From assembly GCF_006345805.1 (NCBI RefSeq), contig NW_021825210.1:1-16286 (forward strand): 16,286 nucleotides of DNA, given 5' to 3'. The notes below the pieces were generated by a model. The model had not been told where the DNA came from. It saw only the letters and a list, made by a program, of their open reading frames with translations, and made no database searches. The DNA is from Octopus sinensis (Eukaryota). Below are positions 1 to 8,730 of this stretch, piece by piece (the first letter of the stretch is position 1; every line of letters begins with the position of its first letter). The translations under genes were made by a program, and so were the position numbers.

Positions 1-146
1 AATACTTCACTGTACAGCGTTTAACACCAGCGCCCTCTGAAGCGGATATTGCACGAAAAACAAACTCTAGTGCCTTTTTTTCTCTCTCCAATAAAATATT
101 GCCAGCTGTTATTTCTAGTTACATCAAACTTCGAGCACCCCGTATG

Positions 147-310
147 GGGGCAGGAGTGGCTGTGTTGTAAGAAGCTTGCTTCCTTACTACATGGTTCCAG
201 GTTCAGTCTCAGTGTCTGGGACCTTGGGCAAGTTTCTTCTACTGTAGCCTCGGGCCGACTAAAACCTTGTAAGTGGATTTGGTAGACGGAAACTGAAAGA
301 AGTCTGTTGT
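147..310 (+). mobile_element. tRNA-headed SINE, family A (5' part)
   Basis: Pol III-like A box (TGGCTGTGTTG) and B box (GGTTCAGTCTC), followed by a microsatellite tail. Colinear with the copy at 7047-7205 and the reverse-strand copy at 7461-7585. Confidence 0.8.
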
Positions 311-663
311 GTGTGTATAATACATACATACACATATATATATATATGTGTGTGTGTATAATTTTTTGGAAAATGGTTTTTCAACCCTTCCCCATAGCAA
401 ATGGGACATGGCATTTTCTAACCAGAAGAGTATTTCAACCCAATATAACTGTATACTATTCTTTTAGAGCGTATGTGATGTATTCGAAACCATAATTGCC
501 CATCACCAAAAAGAAAATGAAAAATAATCACGTTCTCTTTCTCCTCTCGAAAGTTTATGAAATTCTTTTATATATATATATATTATATATATATATAATT
601 GATAATTAATTAAAAAAAAACGGAGAAAAGACTACAAGAATAAAACAACCACACACACCAACG

Positions 664-1512
664 CGAGGGGTAACCAAAATTAACCAGAAACGTTGTATGT
701 GAGACAAGTCCGTTGTAGTTCAGGTTTCATCCGCTAGAAGCCACTTGATGCGTCCCTCAGGCATCAGTTTGTCGACCAGCGTCATCGTATGTAGTCTTAC
801 TTCCACGTGGTGCCTCTTCGTTTTGCAGTGCTTCTCCACTGTTCGTCGGTTTTTGCGATGGCTGAAACGAAGGAACAGGTGCATCTGTGAAATTCTGTTT
901 TCTGCTGATGAAAACGGCAGCCGAAATAGTTGTCATGTTTCAAACAGATTACAAGGACGTTGCAACGAGCAAAACACAAGTTTACGAGCGTTTCCCTCGT
1001 TTTACGAATGGTCACTTGTCGCTTGAAGACCAACCTTGTTCAGGACGACCGTCGACTTCCGGAACGAATGGAAACATCATGAAAATTCATGAACTGATCA
1101 TGGAGGACCGTTACCGACCAATTGACGAACTTGCTGATATGACTGGTGTGTCAAGGAGCCCCTGCCAATGAATTTCGAGCAAGGAATTGCAAATGAAAAG
1201 AGTTGCAGCAAAATGTGTGCCTCTCTTGCACACGGAAGATCAAAAGCAGTCACGAATGAATGCATGTCGTGTACTGAAAGAACAAAAGTAAGGAATTTGC
1301 AGATGTGGAAGAGGTGAAGAGAAAACGACGGAGAAGTTAAAAAGGCATCACTTCGCAAGAGTTCCAGCCTTGCTTCCAACAGTGGAAGATTCGCCTGCAC
1401 CGATGCATTGCTTCAAATGGCGAATAATTTGAAGGCGATAAAAGTGTAAACATGTAAAACTAAGTGAATAAAATATATTGCAAAATTCCGGTTTCATTCG
1501 ATAACCACCTCA
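664..1512 (+). mobile_element. Internally deleted mariner (Tc1/mariner) element
   Basis: Degenerate TIRs: left CGAGGGGTAACCAAAATTAACCAGAAA, right (reverse complement) TGAGGTGGTTATCGAATGAAACCGGAAT, about 18/27 matching. TA at 1513-1514. Encloses a transposase remnant. Confidence 0.85.
858..1457 (+). pseudogene. mariner transposase remnant (HTH domains plus C-terminus; DD34D core absent)
   Basis: ATG at 858: MAETKEQ(frameshift)ASVKFCFLLMKTAAE...SKTQVYERF..F..G..SLED.P.SGRPSTS...(TGA 1169)ISSKELQMKRVAAKCVP..TEDQKQSR. This is followed directly by FADVEEVK...EF..CFQQWK.RL.RCIA..GE*FEGD. Frameshifts and stops throughout. Confidence 0.9.
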
Positions 1513-1835
1513 TATATATTATATATATATATATATATATCTAATATATATATAATATATATATATAGATATATGTATTTAGATGTTATACACTCACGCA
1601 AATATATTATAATACATATATGTATATATATATATACACTTATTGTTTTATACATATACGTACTATATATATGTATATATATACGTACTATATATATGTA
1701 TATATATACATATTATATATATGTATATATATACATACTGTATATATTTATGTTTCAGTCATTTATCTGCCATCACGCTGAGACAAATACACACACACAC
1801 ACACACACAACAACATGTATGTATGTATGTACGTA
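1512..1835. repeat. (TA)n / (CA)n / (TATG)n compound microsatellite
   Basis: Direct reading. Confidence 0.9.
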
Positions 1836-1952
1836 TGTATGCCTATACGAATGTATAGGCATTCGATTTATTAGACACCAGGTGTCAGAGGAAATATGTA
1901 AGCAATTCTTCACGGAAACACCACAACCCACCTGCCCAAGATATTCTTTCAT

Positions 1953-2046
1953 CACCACCTCCACCACCACCACCACCACCACCACCACCACCACCACCAC
2001 ACCACCACTAACACCAGTGGTAGCAGCAGCAGCAGCAGCAGCAGCA
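1953..2046. repeat. (ACC)n and (AGC)n trinucleotide microsatellites
   Basis: ACC run at 1953-2008, AGC run at 2022-2046. Confidence 0.9.
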
Positions 2047-2360
2047 TCGACAAAATTGCATTCACGCCTGCGCAAGCCTTCTACACTTCACGCCATGCTA
2101 TAAAACATTTGTTGCTATGTAAATGTCTTTCAACAAACAAACGTTGCTATCAGCGGAAGTGATTGACTTACTTTAAGCCTTACAGGGAAAATGACGCTTA
2201 TGTAAATCTGTTGGACGAATAAACGATATGTTGATAGCTTTGGTATGTGTGCGCTTGGGAGAGAGATAGAGAGAGAGAGAGAGTGACTGACTATGTAAGG
2301 TGAAAGCCAGAGTAGCCGTTCATGCAGAGAAGCACACGCACAAACATATATATATGCATA

Positions 2361-2842
2361 TATAAAATAGTGTACCTTTAAGCACAAGAGAAAACTACCT
2401 TTAACAGTTAATTTTTATACGCTAGAAGAAGCAGTCAAAACAACCATAACCACATTTAAGAGCAATTTTCGAAGGGAATGAAAAATAAAAACTTTTACCC
2501 TGTTATTTTTACGGTTATACCAAGGTCTCAGATTCCTTTAGCAAATAAAAAATAATTTGCCAGGCGAATCCTCATCAGTAACCGTGCCGTAACAGCTAAC
2601 ATATAATTTAGAGACAAAGAACACGTGTCTCATCATTATATGTTATAATTTTTCAAAATTCACCGCGCAAGCGCAGTTTCAGTCGGTAGTAAATGGAAAA
2701 TGCCGAACCGATCTTCGAAATGCTAAAATCATATTCGTAAGATATATATAGGGTAATGAACATTCCTAGTGCTTCTTCTAGCGTGGAAAAATTACCTGTT
2801 AAAGGTAGTCTTCTTTTGTGTTTATATGTACACTATTTTATA
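2361..2842. mobile_element. Non-autonomous element with 73-bp terminal inverted repeats, carrying a hammerhead-like motif (superfamily unassigned; possibly Penelope-like-derived)
   Basis: 2361-2433 versus the reverse complement of 2770-2842: 65/73 identical, ungapped. No internal ORF. Confidence 0.75.
2500..2595 (-). ncRNA. Type I hammerhead ribozyme motif, probably inactivated copy
   Basis: Minus strand: CUGUUA-cggc-ACGGUUA-CUGAUGA-G-GAUUC-(inner GCAAAU/AUUUGC stem)-GAAUC-U-GAGA-CC-uu-GG-UA-UAACCGU-aaaaa-UAACAG. Helix I is 7 bp plus 6 bp; the triplet is GUA. The core has GAGA for GAAA and G10.1-U11.1. Confidence 0.8.
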
Positions 2843-2954
2843 TTGAGAATATGTTGTCTATTGGCTTTTTATACATGCTAGGACACTGGTGGTGATATTT
2901 TTTGGAATATTCACTACCCTATATATATCTTACAAATATATATATATATTATAT

Positions 2955-3110
2955 GTAAAATGGAACAAGAACGCAATAGAGAGCGTTAAAACGTTCGGAC
3001 AGATAGACGGACGATACACAAGCGGACAAGAGAAACAACAATTAGAAGGACAGGCAAAGAAAAGACGGGTCATTCTTGGCTTTCTTTCTTCAGTCAAGAA
3101 CCACAAACCA
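2955..3110 (-). repeat. Unclassified interspersed repeat (family D), related to 12420-12560
   Basis: The reverse complement shares CTTGACTGAAGAAAGAAAG..GAATGACCCGTC and CTATCTGTCCGAACGTTTT..TTGCGTTCTTGTTCCATTTT with CTCGACTGAGGAAAGAAAA..GAATGACCCATC and CTAACTGTCCGGATGTTTTGCGTTCTTGTCCCATTTT at 12.4-12.55 kb. The strand label is only relative to that copy. Confidence 0.65.
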
Positions 3111-3218
3111 GAGACAAAGATATATATATATATATATATATATATTTCGTTTTTGGATTTGGTTTGCAAGATTCTTTATGTGAGTTCGTGTGTTGGAGCA
3201 TATTTTGTTGTGTCTGGG

Positions 3219-3343
3219 GAGACCGATAGAATAAGTACTAGGCTTACAAAGAATGAGTCCTGGGCTCGATTTGGTCGACTAGAGGTGGTGATCCAGCATG
3301 GCCGCAGTCAAATGACTGAAATAAGTAAAAGAATAAAAGAATA
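3219..3343 (+). mobile_element. SINE family A, 3' module with (AAAAGAAT)n tail
   Basis: Reverse complement of 7223-7345 and of 10520-10640 (ACCGATAGAATAAGTACTAGGCTTACAAAGAA...CCAGCATGGCCGCAGTCAAATGACTGAAA). Confidence 0.8.
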
Positions 3344-3344
3344 C

Positions 3345-3425
3345 GCAGTCGCTCACACCATCATCGCCGCCGCCGTCACCGCCGCCGATGCCACCGTCGC
3401 CTCTGTCACTGCCGCCATCACCACC
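3345..3425. repeat. Imperfect (GCC/ACC)n trinucleotide tract
   Basis: Direct reading. Confidence 0.7.
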
Positions 3426-3430
3426 AAAAA

Positions 3431-3595
3431 GAGAGGGCAGCACCTTCGATTGTCTACCTCTCCCCCAGCACATTTGTTTTTTTAGATACTTTATCAATAG
3501 AGAGAGGGCAGCACCCTCGATTGTTCACTTCTCCCCCACACTTGTTTTTTAAACTACTTTATCAAAAGAGAGAGGGCAGCACTCCCGACGGTCTC
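3431..3595. repeat. About 70-bp minisatellite, about 2.3 copies
   Basis: GAGAGGGCAGCAC starts at 3431, 3502 and 3570. Copies 1 and 2 also share CGATTGT..CTCCCCCA..TTGTTTTTT..TACTTTATCAA. Confidence 0.85.
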
Positions 3596-3876
3596 CATGA
3601 CTTCCGAAAGCGATACGAGAGAGAACGTTTAACTGCTGCAAAATATAAAAAAAAAATACCTGACGCAAAACGTTTTGTACAAGATTGGACCCTGTTATAG
3701 GTACACAAGAAAAAAAAAAGGGGGATGCGTATGGGTTTGGGGGATTAGGGGGAGTGGAGTGGGGAACGGGTTTATTTGAACGACGAATGTGGAAAAGGCG
3801 TACAAGTGAGGAGTCATAGAAAGAGTATTTGCGAAAATATTACTGTTCTTGCGATTTCTATTTTTTTCTGTAGAGT

Positions 3877-3943
3877 TACTACAACTACTACTACTGCAGC
3901 TGCTGCTGCTGCTGCTGCTACTACTACTACTGCTGATACTGCT

Positions 3944-3975
<32 letters not shown>

Positions 3976-3980
3976 TGCTG
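3877..3980. repeat. Compound (CTA/CTG/TTG)n microsatellite
   Basis: Direct reading. Confidence 0.9.
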
Positions 3981-4087
3981 ATCTGAGTGTTGTATTTAAG
4001 TGGTGTTATTGCAACACTTCAAAGCATGTTGTCACAGACACACTGTAGAGCGGTTCTTTTAGGCACGAAGTCAGCTGCAAAACACTC

Positions 4088-4090
4088 ACA

Positions 4091-4136
<46 letters not shown>

Positions 4137-4349
4137 ACACACGTACGCACGCATACACGGAACAAACTATACAAGCATACATATACATGTACATATATAC
4201 ATGCATATATATGTGTGCGTTTCTGTGTGTATATGCATATATGCATTTGTCTGGTTGTGCATGTGTATATGTGTATGAATAATGTGGGTGCGTATAGTGC
4301 ATACGTATATGTATGTACACACACACACACACATATATATACATACACA
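4088..4349. repeat. (CA)n and TA/TG-rich low-complexity tract
   Basis: Direct reading. Confidence 0.85.
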
Positions 4350-4555
4350 CGAGGGGTACCTGGTTTTAAGGGCATAGCGAAAGGCCTGTTTGAAGGCCGA
4401 ACCTTCCGTGTTAGTTTACAGGGCTTAGAAAAACTGAAGGACCCCTGCAATAAGTGTGTGAATCCGAGAAGGGAATATGTTGAATAAATTTATAATGAAC
4501 TAATGGTCACGTATTTCCTTTTACCAAAATCCGGGAACTTTTCACCAACCCCTCG
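4350..4555 (+). mobile_element. 206-bp mariner deletion derivative (transposase C-terminus plus right TIR)
   Basis: Encodes LQGLEKLKDPCNKCVNPRREYVE* (mariner-type C-terminus). Right end GGGAACTTTTCACCAACCCCTCG|TA. Left end CA|CGAGGGGT matches 8 bp of the right TIR. Confidence 0.75.
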
Positions 4556-4720
4556 TACATGTATGTAAAAAAAAATGTATATATACATATGCATATATAT
4601 TAATTTGTGCGTGTGGTGTGTGTGTTTGTGTGTGTTCGCGAGTGTGTATGTGTGTGTGTGTACAGGCACCGCAAATCACACACCGATAAAAATATAAAAA
4701 CATATTTGTAGGTATGTCCC

Positions 4721-4761
<41 letters not shown>

Positions 4762-4979
4762 AACTCTTTATCTATAAATATGTACATATAGAATAGATGG
4801 ACACACATTATAGGCACACACAAAACACACGCACACATGTGTATGCTTACATGTAAACGCATTGATAATTTATTCAGCGGCTACCTGATGATGCAAGAAT
4901 TCACAGCGTATGGTGTGTGTGTGTGTGTGTTTGCATCTGTGCGATTAGCAGTATACATCTGTATGCCAGTAGTGACTGC

Positions 4980-4980
<1 letters not shown>

Positions 4981-5038
<58 letters not shown>

Positions 5039-5039
5039 G

Positions 5040-5071
<32 letters not shown>

Positions 5072-5115
5072 CCTACCTACCTACCTACCTACCTACCTAC
5101 CTACCACCTACCTAC

Positions 5116-5165
<50 letters not shown>

Positions 5166-5170
5166 GTCTA
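4981..5170. repeat. (TATC)n/(TACC)n tetranucleotide microsatellite
   Basis: Direct reading. Confidence 0.95.
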
Positions 5171-5232
5171 TCCTTTTCTCTGTGTGTGGTATGCATAAAT
5201 ACACTCACACATATATACGTATATTATATATA

Positions 5233-5264
<32 letters not shown>

Positions 5265-5649
5265 AATATTAAATATATGTATAAATAAATAGATGAATAT
5301 ATATATATATATTAATAAATATATTATATATACACATTAGATCGATAGACATATAGGTAGATAGATATAGATGGATAAATTGAAAGGTAGATAGATAAAT
5401 AGATGCACACGTGTGTTTGTGAGTAATGGAACTGCTAAGCTCTCAGTGGGCCTATAATCAAAGACAAACCATCCGTGACCACACAGGCATGTCTTCTTCG
5501 ATTGAAGGGAAAATATGGCAATTGATTTGAGGGAGAATTCACAACGATTTCTGGCAGATGGAGAGAGCACCGCGTGAAGGCTGCTAGCTCGATTACTATT
5601 CCCGCTAGTGATAGTGAAATCAAAGGTAAGAGTGAAGAGAAAGAGAGAG

Positions 5650-5685
<36 letters not shown>

Positions 5686-5887
5686 GGGGGCGGGGAGGAA
5701 AAGAAAGAGAGGCAGAAATAGCAGAATGAATTGAATATGTTTGCGCATGCGTGTAGAGTTTCTGTGTTGCGTGACCGCAGATTGCTCTGCGTGCACAAAG
5801 CATTCTCTACAATGAGGAATACGTGATAGTTCTGAACCATACTGCTACATAGACTGCAGCGTTCTGTTTACCCCCTTTACAACTGCA

Positions 5888-6222
5888 GTCATACACGCAT
5901 ACACGCATGCATACATACATCCATGCATACATAAGTACGTACATGCATACATATACATACATACGCATTCATACACGCATACACACATGCATGTACATAC
6001 ACGCTCATGTAGCTACAAACACACAAAACACACAGACATACCGACATGTATTCATGCATACAAACACACGTCTGTTTATATATATATGTATATGTATATG
6101 CATGTATATATATGTATATATATGTATATATATACATATATATGTGTGTATGTATATATATATATATATATGTGTGTGTATGTATATATATATATATGTG
6201 TGTGTATGTATATATATATATG

Positions 6223-6257
<35 letters not shown>

Positions 6258-6679
6258 GTGAATGTATATATATACATGTTTTTATATACGCATATATATA
6301 TATATATATATATACATATATGTGTTCATATATACGTAAAAATATACGCATATATTGTTCTCATATATACACATACATTAACATTCGCACATCCTAATAT
6401 ATGTATATATTACATATATATAGATGCGTGTGTGTGTATTTGTGTGTATGTGTGTGTATGTATGCATGCTTATAAATGTATGTGTATACATACATATATA
6501 TGTATAAATATATATGTACATATTACATATAAGCGTATACAAATGCAAAAGTGTATATATATACACATAAACATATATATGTGTGTATATGCATATATGT
6601 ATTTATATAATATATAATACACAGACACACACACACATATAATATATGAATGTAAATACATTCCTGCAACACACACACA

Positions 6680-6735
<56 letters not shown>

Positions 6736-6742
6736 GCGTGTG
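5888..6742. repeat. Long TA/CA/TG compound low-complexity array
   Basis: Direct reading; explains all Y/I/C/V/H/T-rich ORFs here. Confidence 0.9.
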
Positions 6743-6837
6743 CATATCGAAAATTAATCGATATCAGTCAAAATTTCCTTGCACGCTTTTTCAGTTGTTT
6801 GAGCAACTGGAATATCTCTGCATTGAACCACTCGGTA

Positions 6838-6915
6838 AGTGGCTGCGTAACCCTCAGACACATGCACCCTTAATGTAATTCTCTGGTGAAATCAGCGTGA
6901 CACACTGTTACATGC
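6838..6915 (-). mobile_element. Possible degenerate fragment of a SINE 3' region
   Basis: CAGACACATGCACCCTTAATGTAATTCTC..CAGCGTGACAC resembles an Octopus interspersed repeat I recall. No second copy in this window to confirm. Confidence 0.3.
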
Positions 6916-7046
6916 CTGGGTATATGCTTTGGTATACGGGTGCAATGTACCCGAACGATCTTTGAATAGATTCTGTCTATTCAATTTTACTTAGATGTTG
7001 TGGTGGTGGTTGGGGGGAGGTCATATCGAGGCTACAGAAAATGACA

Positions 7047-7205
7047 GGCGCAGGCGTGGCTGTGTGTGAAGAAGCTTGCTTTCCAACAACATGGTTCCAG
7101 GTTCAGTCCCGATGCGTGGCACCTTGGGCAAATGTCTGGTACTCTAACCTCGGACCGACCAAAGCCTTCTGGGTGGAATCAATAACCGGAAACTCAAAAA
7201 GCTTA
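7047..7205 (+). mobile_element. tRNA-headed SINE, family A (5' part)
   Basis: GGCGCAGGCGTGGCTGTGTG...GGTTCAGTCCC...CCTTGGGCAA...CCTCGG.CCGACCAAAGCCTT; colinear with 147-310. Confidence 0.8.
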
Positions 7206-7222
7206 CCGCATAAGTGTTCGTT

Positions 7223-7585
7223 TATTCTTTTATTCTTTTATATGTCATTTGACAGCGACCAAGCTGGAGTACCACCATAACAGGTTTCTTTCTAGTCGAA
7301 AAAAATCGACCTCAGGACTTGTTCTTTGTAAGCCTAGAACTTATTCTATCGGACTCTTTTGTCGAACAGCTAAGTTACAGAAACGTAACCACAGCAACAG
7401 CAGTTGCCAAGTGATGATGGGAGGCAAACACAAACACGTGCGCGCACACACACACAAAAATATACGACGGGCTTCTTTCAGGTTCCGTCTAGCAAATCCA
7501 CTGACAAGGCTTTGATTGGCCCGAGGCTATAGGAAAAGACGCTTGCCCAAGGGGCCACGTAGTGGGACTGAACCGAAGACCACGT
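7223..7585 (-). mobile_element. SINE family A, 5'-truncated, with 3' module
   Basis: 7461-7585 is the reverse complement of the family A head/body. 7223-7430 is the reverse complement of the 3' module seen at 3219-3343. A short (CA) tract links the two. Confidence 0.85.
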
Positions 7586-7820
7586 ACACTACATTGGCAG
7601 ATTTATACAACATGCCTTGTACCTCCAAGAAATCCTTCAGGTGCAGTTATTTCAATTATGGATTCTACAATAAAAAAATGTATGTATGTATGTATGTATG
7701 TATATGTATATATATATATATAGGGAGAGTTTACGAAAAAAAAAAAAACAAAAGACGAAGACAGGTGGTGTACAAAACAAACAGATGATTGTATTAAAAA
7801 AAAACTCAGGAATTGAAAAA

Positions 7821-7863
7821 GTCTTTTTACGTTTCGAGCCTACGCTCTTCTACAGAAAGGGAC
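7821..7863 (-). ncRNA. Minimal hammerhead-like motif of the Penelope-associated type (A6U)
   Basis: Minus strand: GUC-cc-UUU-CUGUAGA-A-GAGC-guag-GCUC-GAAA-C-GUA-AAA-a-GAC. Helix II is 4 bp; helix III is the palindrome ACGU; the triplet is GUA; helix I is imperfect. Confidence 0.55.
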
Positions 7864-7941
7864 ACAGAAAAAAACAAGGAGAGAAACAAGGAGAGAAAAA
7901 TTTGTGTGTAGTGGCTAACGATCTATCATGGCGCTGGCGTC

Positions 7942-7975
<34 letters not shown>

Positions 7976-7976
<1 letters not shown>

Positions 7977-8230
7977 GAGGCGTGTGGTTTAGTGGTTAGG
8001 GTGTCCGCATCATGATCGTAAGATTGTGGTTTCGATTCCTGGACCAGGCGACGCATTGTGTTCTTGAGCAAAACACTTCATTTCACGTTGCTTCTGTCCA
8101 CTCTGCTAGCAAAAATGAGTAACTCTGCGATGGACTGGCGTCCCATCCAGCTGTGGGACACATACGCCATAGAAACCGGGAAACCGGGCCCATGAGCCTA
8201 GCTAGGCTTTAAAAGGGCATATTTATTATT
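7976..8230 (+). mobile_element. tRNA-headed SINE, family C
   Basis: A box TGGTTTAGTGG (7985-7995), B box GTTTCGATTCC (8029-8039), core CTGCGATGGACTGGCGTCCCATCCAG, 3' GAAACCGGGAAACCGG..ATGAGCC shared with 15776-16070. Short (TTA) tail. Confidence 0.8.
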
Positions 8231-8480
8231 TCTCTCTCTCTCTATATATATATATCCATACACACACATACATACGCACATATAGCAAACGTTACCAACT
8301 TCGAGATACGTTCTGACGAGGTCATTAGGAGACAAACGCTATTTCATTTTGTAGACAATAACTAAATAACCATAAAACACTCTGCTTTTAACTCCATTGA
8401 GTCCTTTATTAGGCTTGTGGATCCAGTTGTCTTTATCAACTAACACATCTATATACTTACACTTACAGGCATGCAGTCTC

Positions 8481-8522
<42 letters not shown>

Positions 8523-8665
8523 TATATATAATGTATCTATATATATGTGTGTATGTAAATAGCTATGCTAATGCCTGTGTATGCATTTGGGATGCATGCA
8601 AATTCGTAGGCCTATTATTTGCTGCCAATATATTTTGTTTATCAGAATCGATTAGCGAAAAACAA

Positions 8666-8668
<3 letters not shown>

Positions 8669-8702
<34 letters not shown>

Positions 8703-8730
8703 GGATAATAATGATGATGATAATAATAAT
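8669..8730. repeat. (AAT)n/(GAT)n microsatellite
   Basis: Direct reading. Confidence 0.9.

Noticed and set aside
28-45. CTCF-like CAGAGGGCGCTG on the minus strand
   Set aside because: Only the 3' half of the motif matches.
904-940. CTGATGA...GGC-A-GCC-GAAA resembling a hammerhead core
   Set aside because: Spacing is wrong, there is no helix I, and it lies within mariner coding sequence.
1573-2103. 176-aa ORF with poly-T and poly-A tracts
   Set aside because: Translation of (TA)n, (CA)n, (ACC)n and (AGC)n microsatellites; no domain and no clear exon boundaries.
2889-3485. 198-aa ORF
   Set aside because: Runs across repeat family D, a (TA)n tract, a SINE module and a trinucleotide tract; chimeric and not a recognisable protein.
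3431-3595. Repeat-spacer appearance suggesting CRISPR
   Set aside because: The whole 70-bp unit is duplicated, there are only 2.3 copies, the context is eukaryotic, and there are no cas genes.
3560-3660. Strong minus-strand splice acceptor (poly-T..TTTTGCAG|CAG at 3636)
   Set aside because: The poly-T tract is a common homopolymer; downstream frames give no recognisable peptide and only weak donors.
5889-6873. Cluster of overlapping Y/I/C/V/H-rich ORFs up to 236 aa
   Set aside because: Dinucleotide repeats lacking stop codons in several frames.
7976-8050. tRNA gene
   Set aside because: It has A and B boxes but no complete cloverleaf or acceptor stem, and continues into a SINE body; annotated as a SINE head.
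8285-8345. CTGACGAG-GTC...GAC-AAAC hammerhead-like string
   Set aside because: It needs a 2-nt deletion to restore C-GAAA, and no credible helix I can be drawn in a type I or III arrangement.
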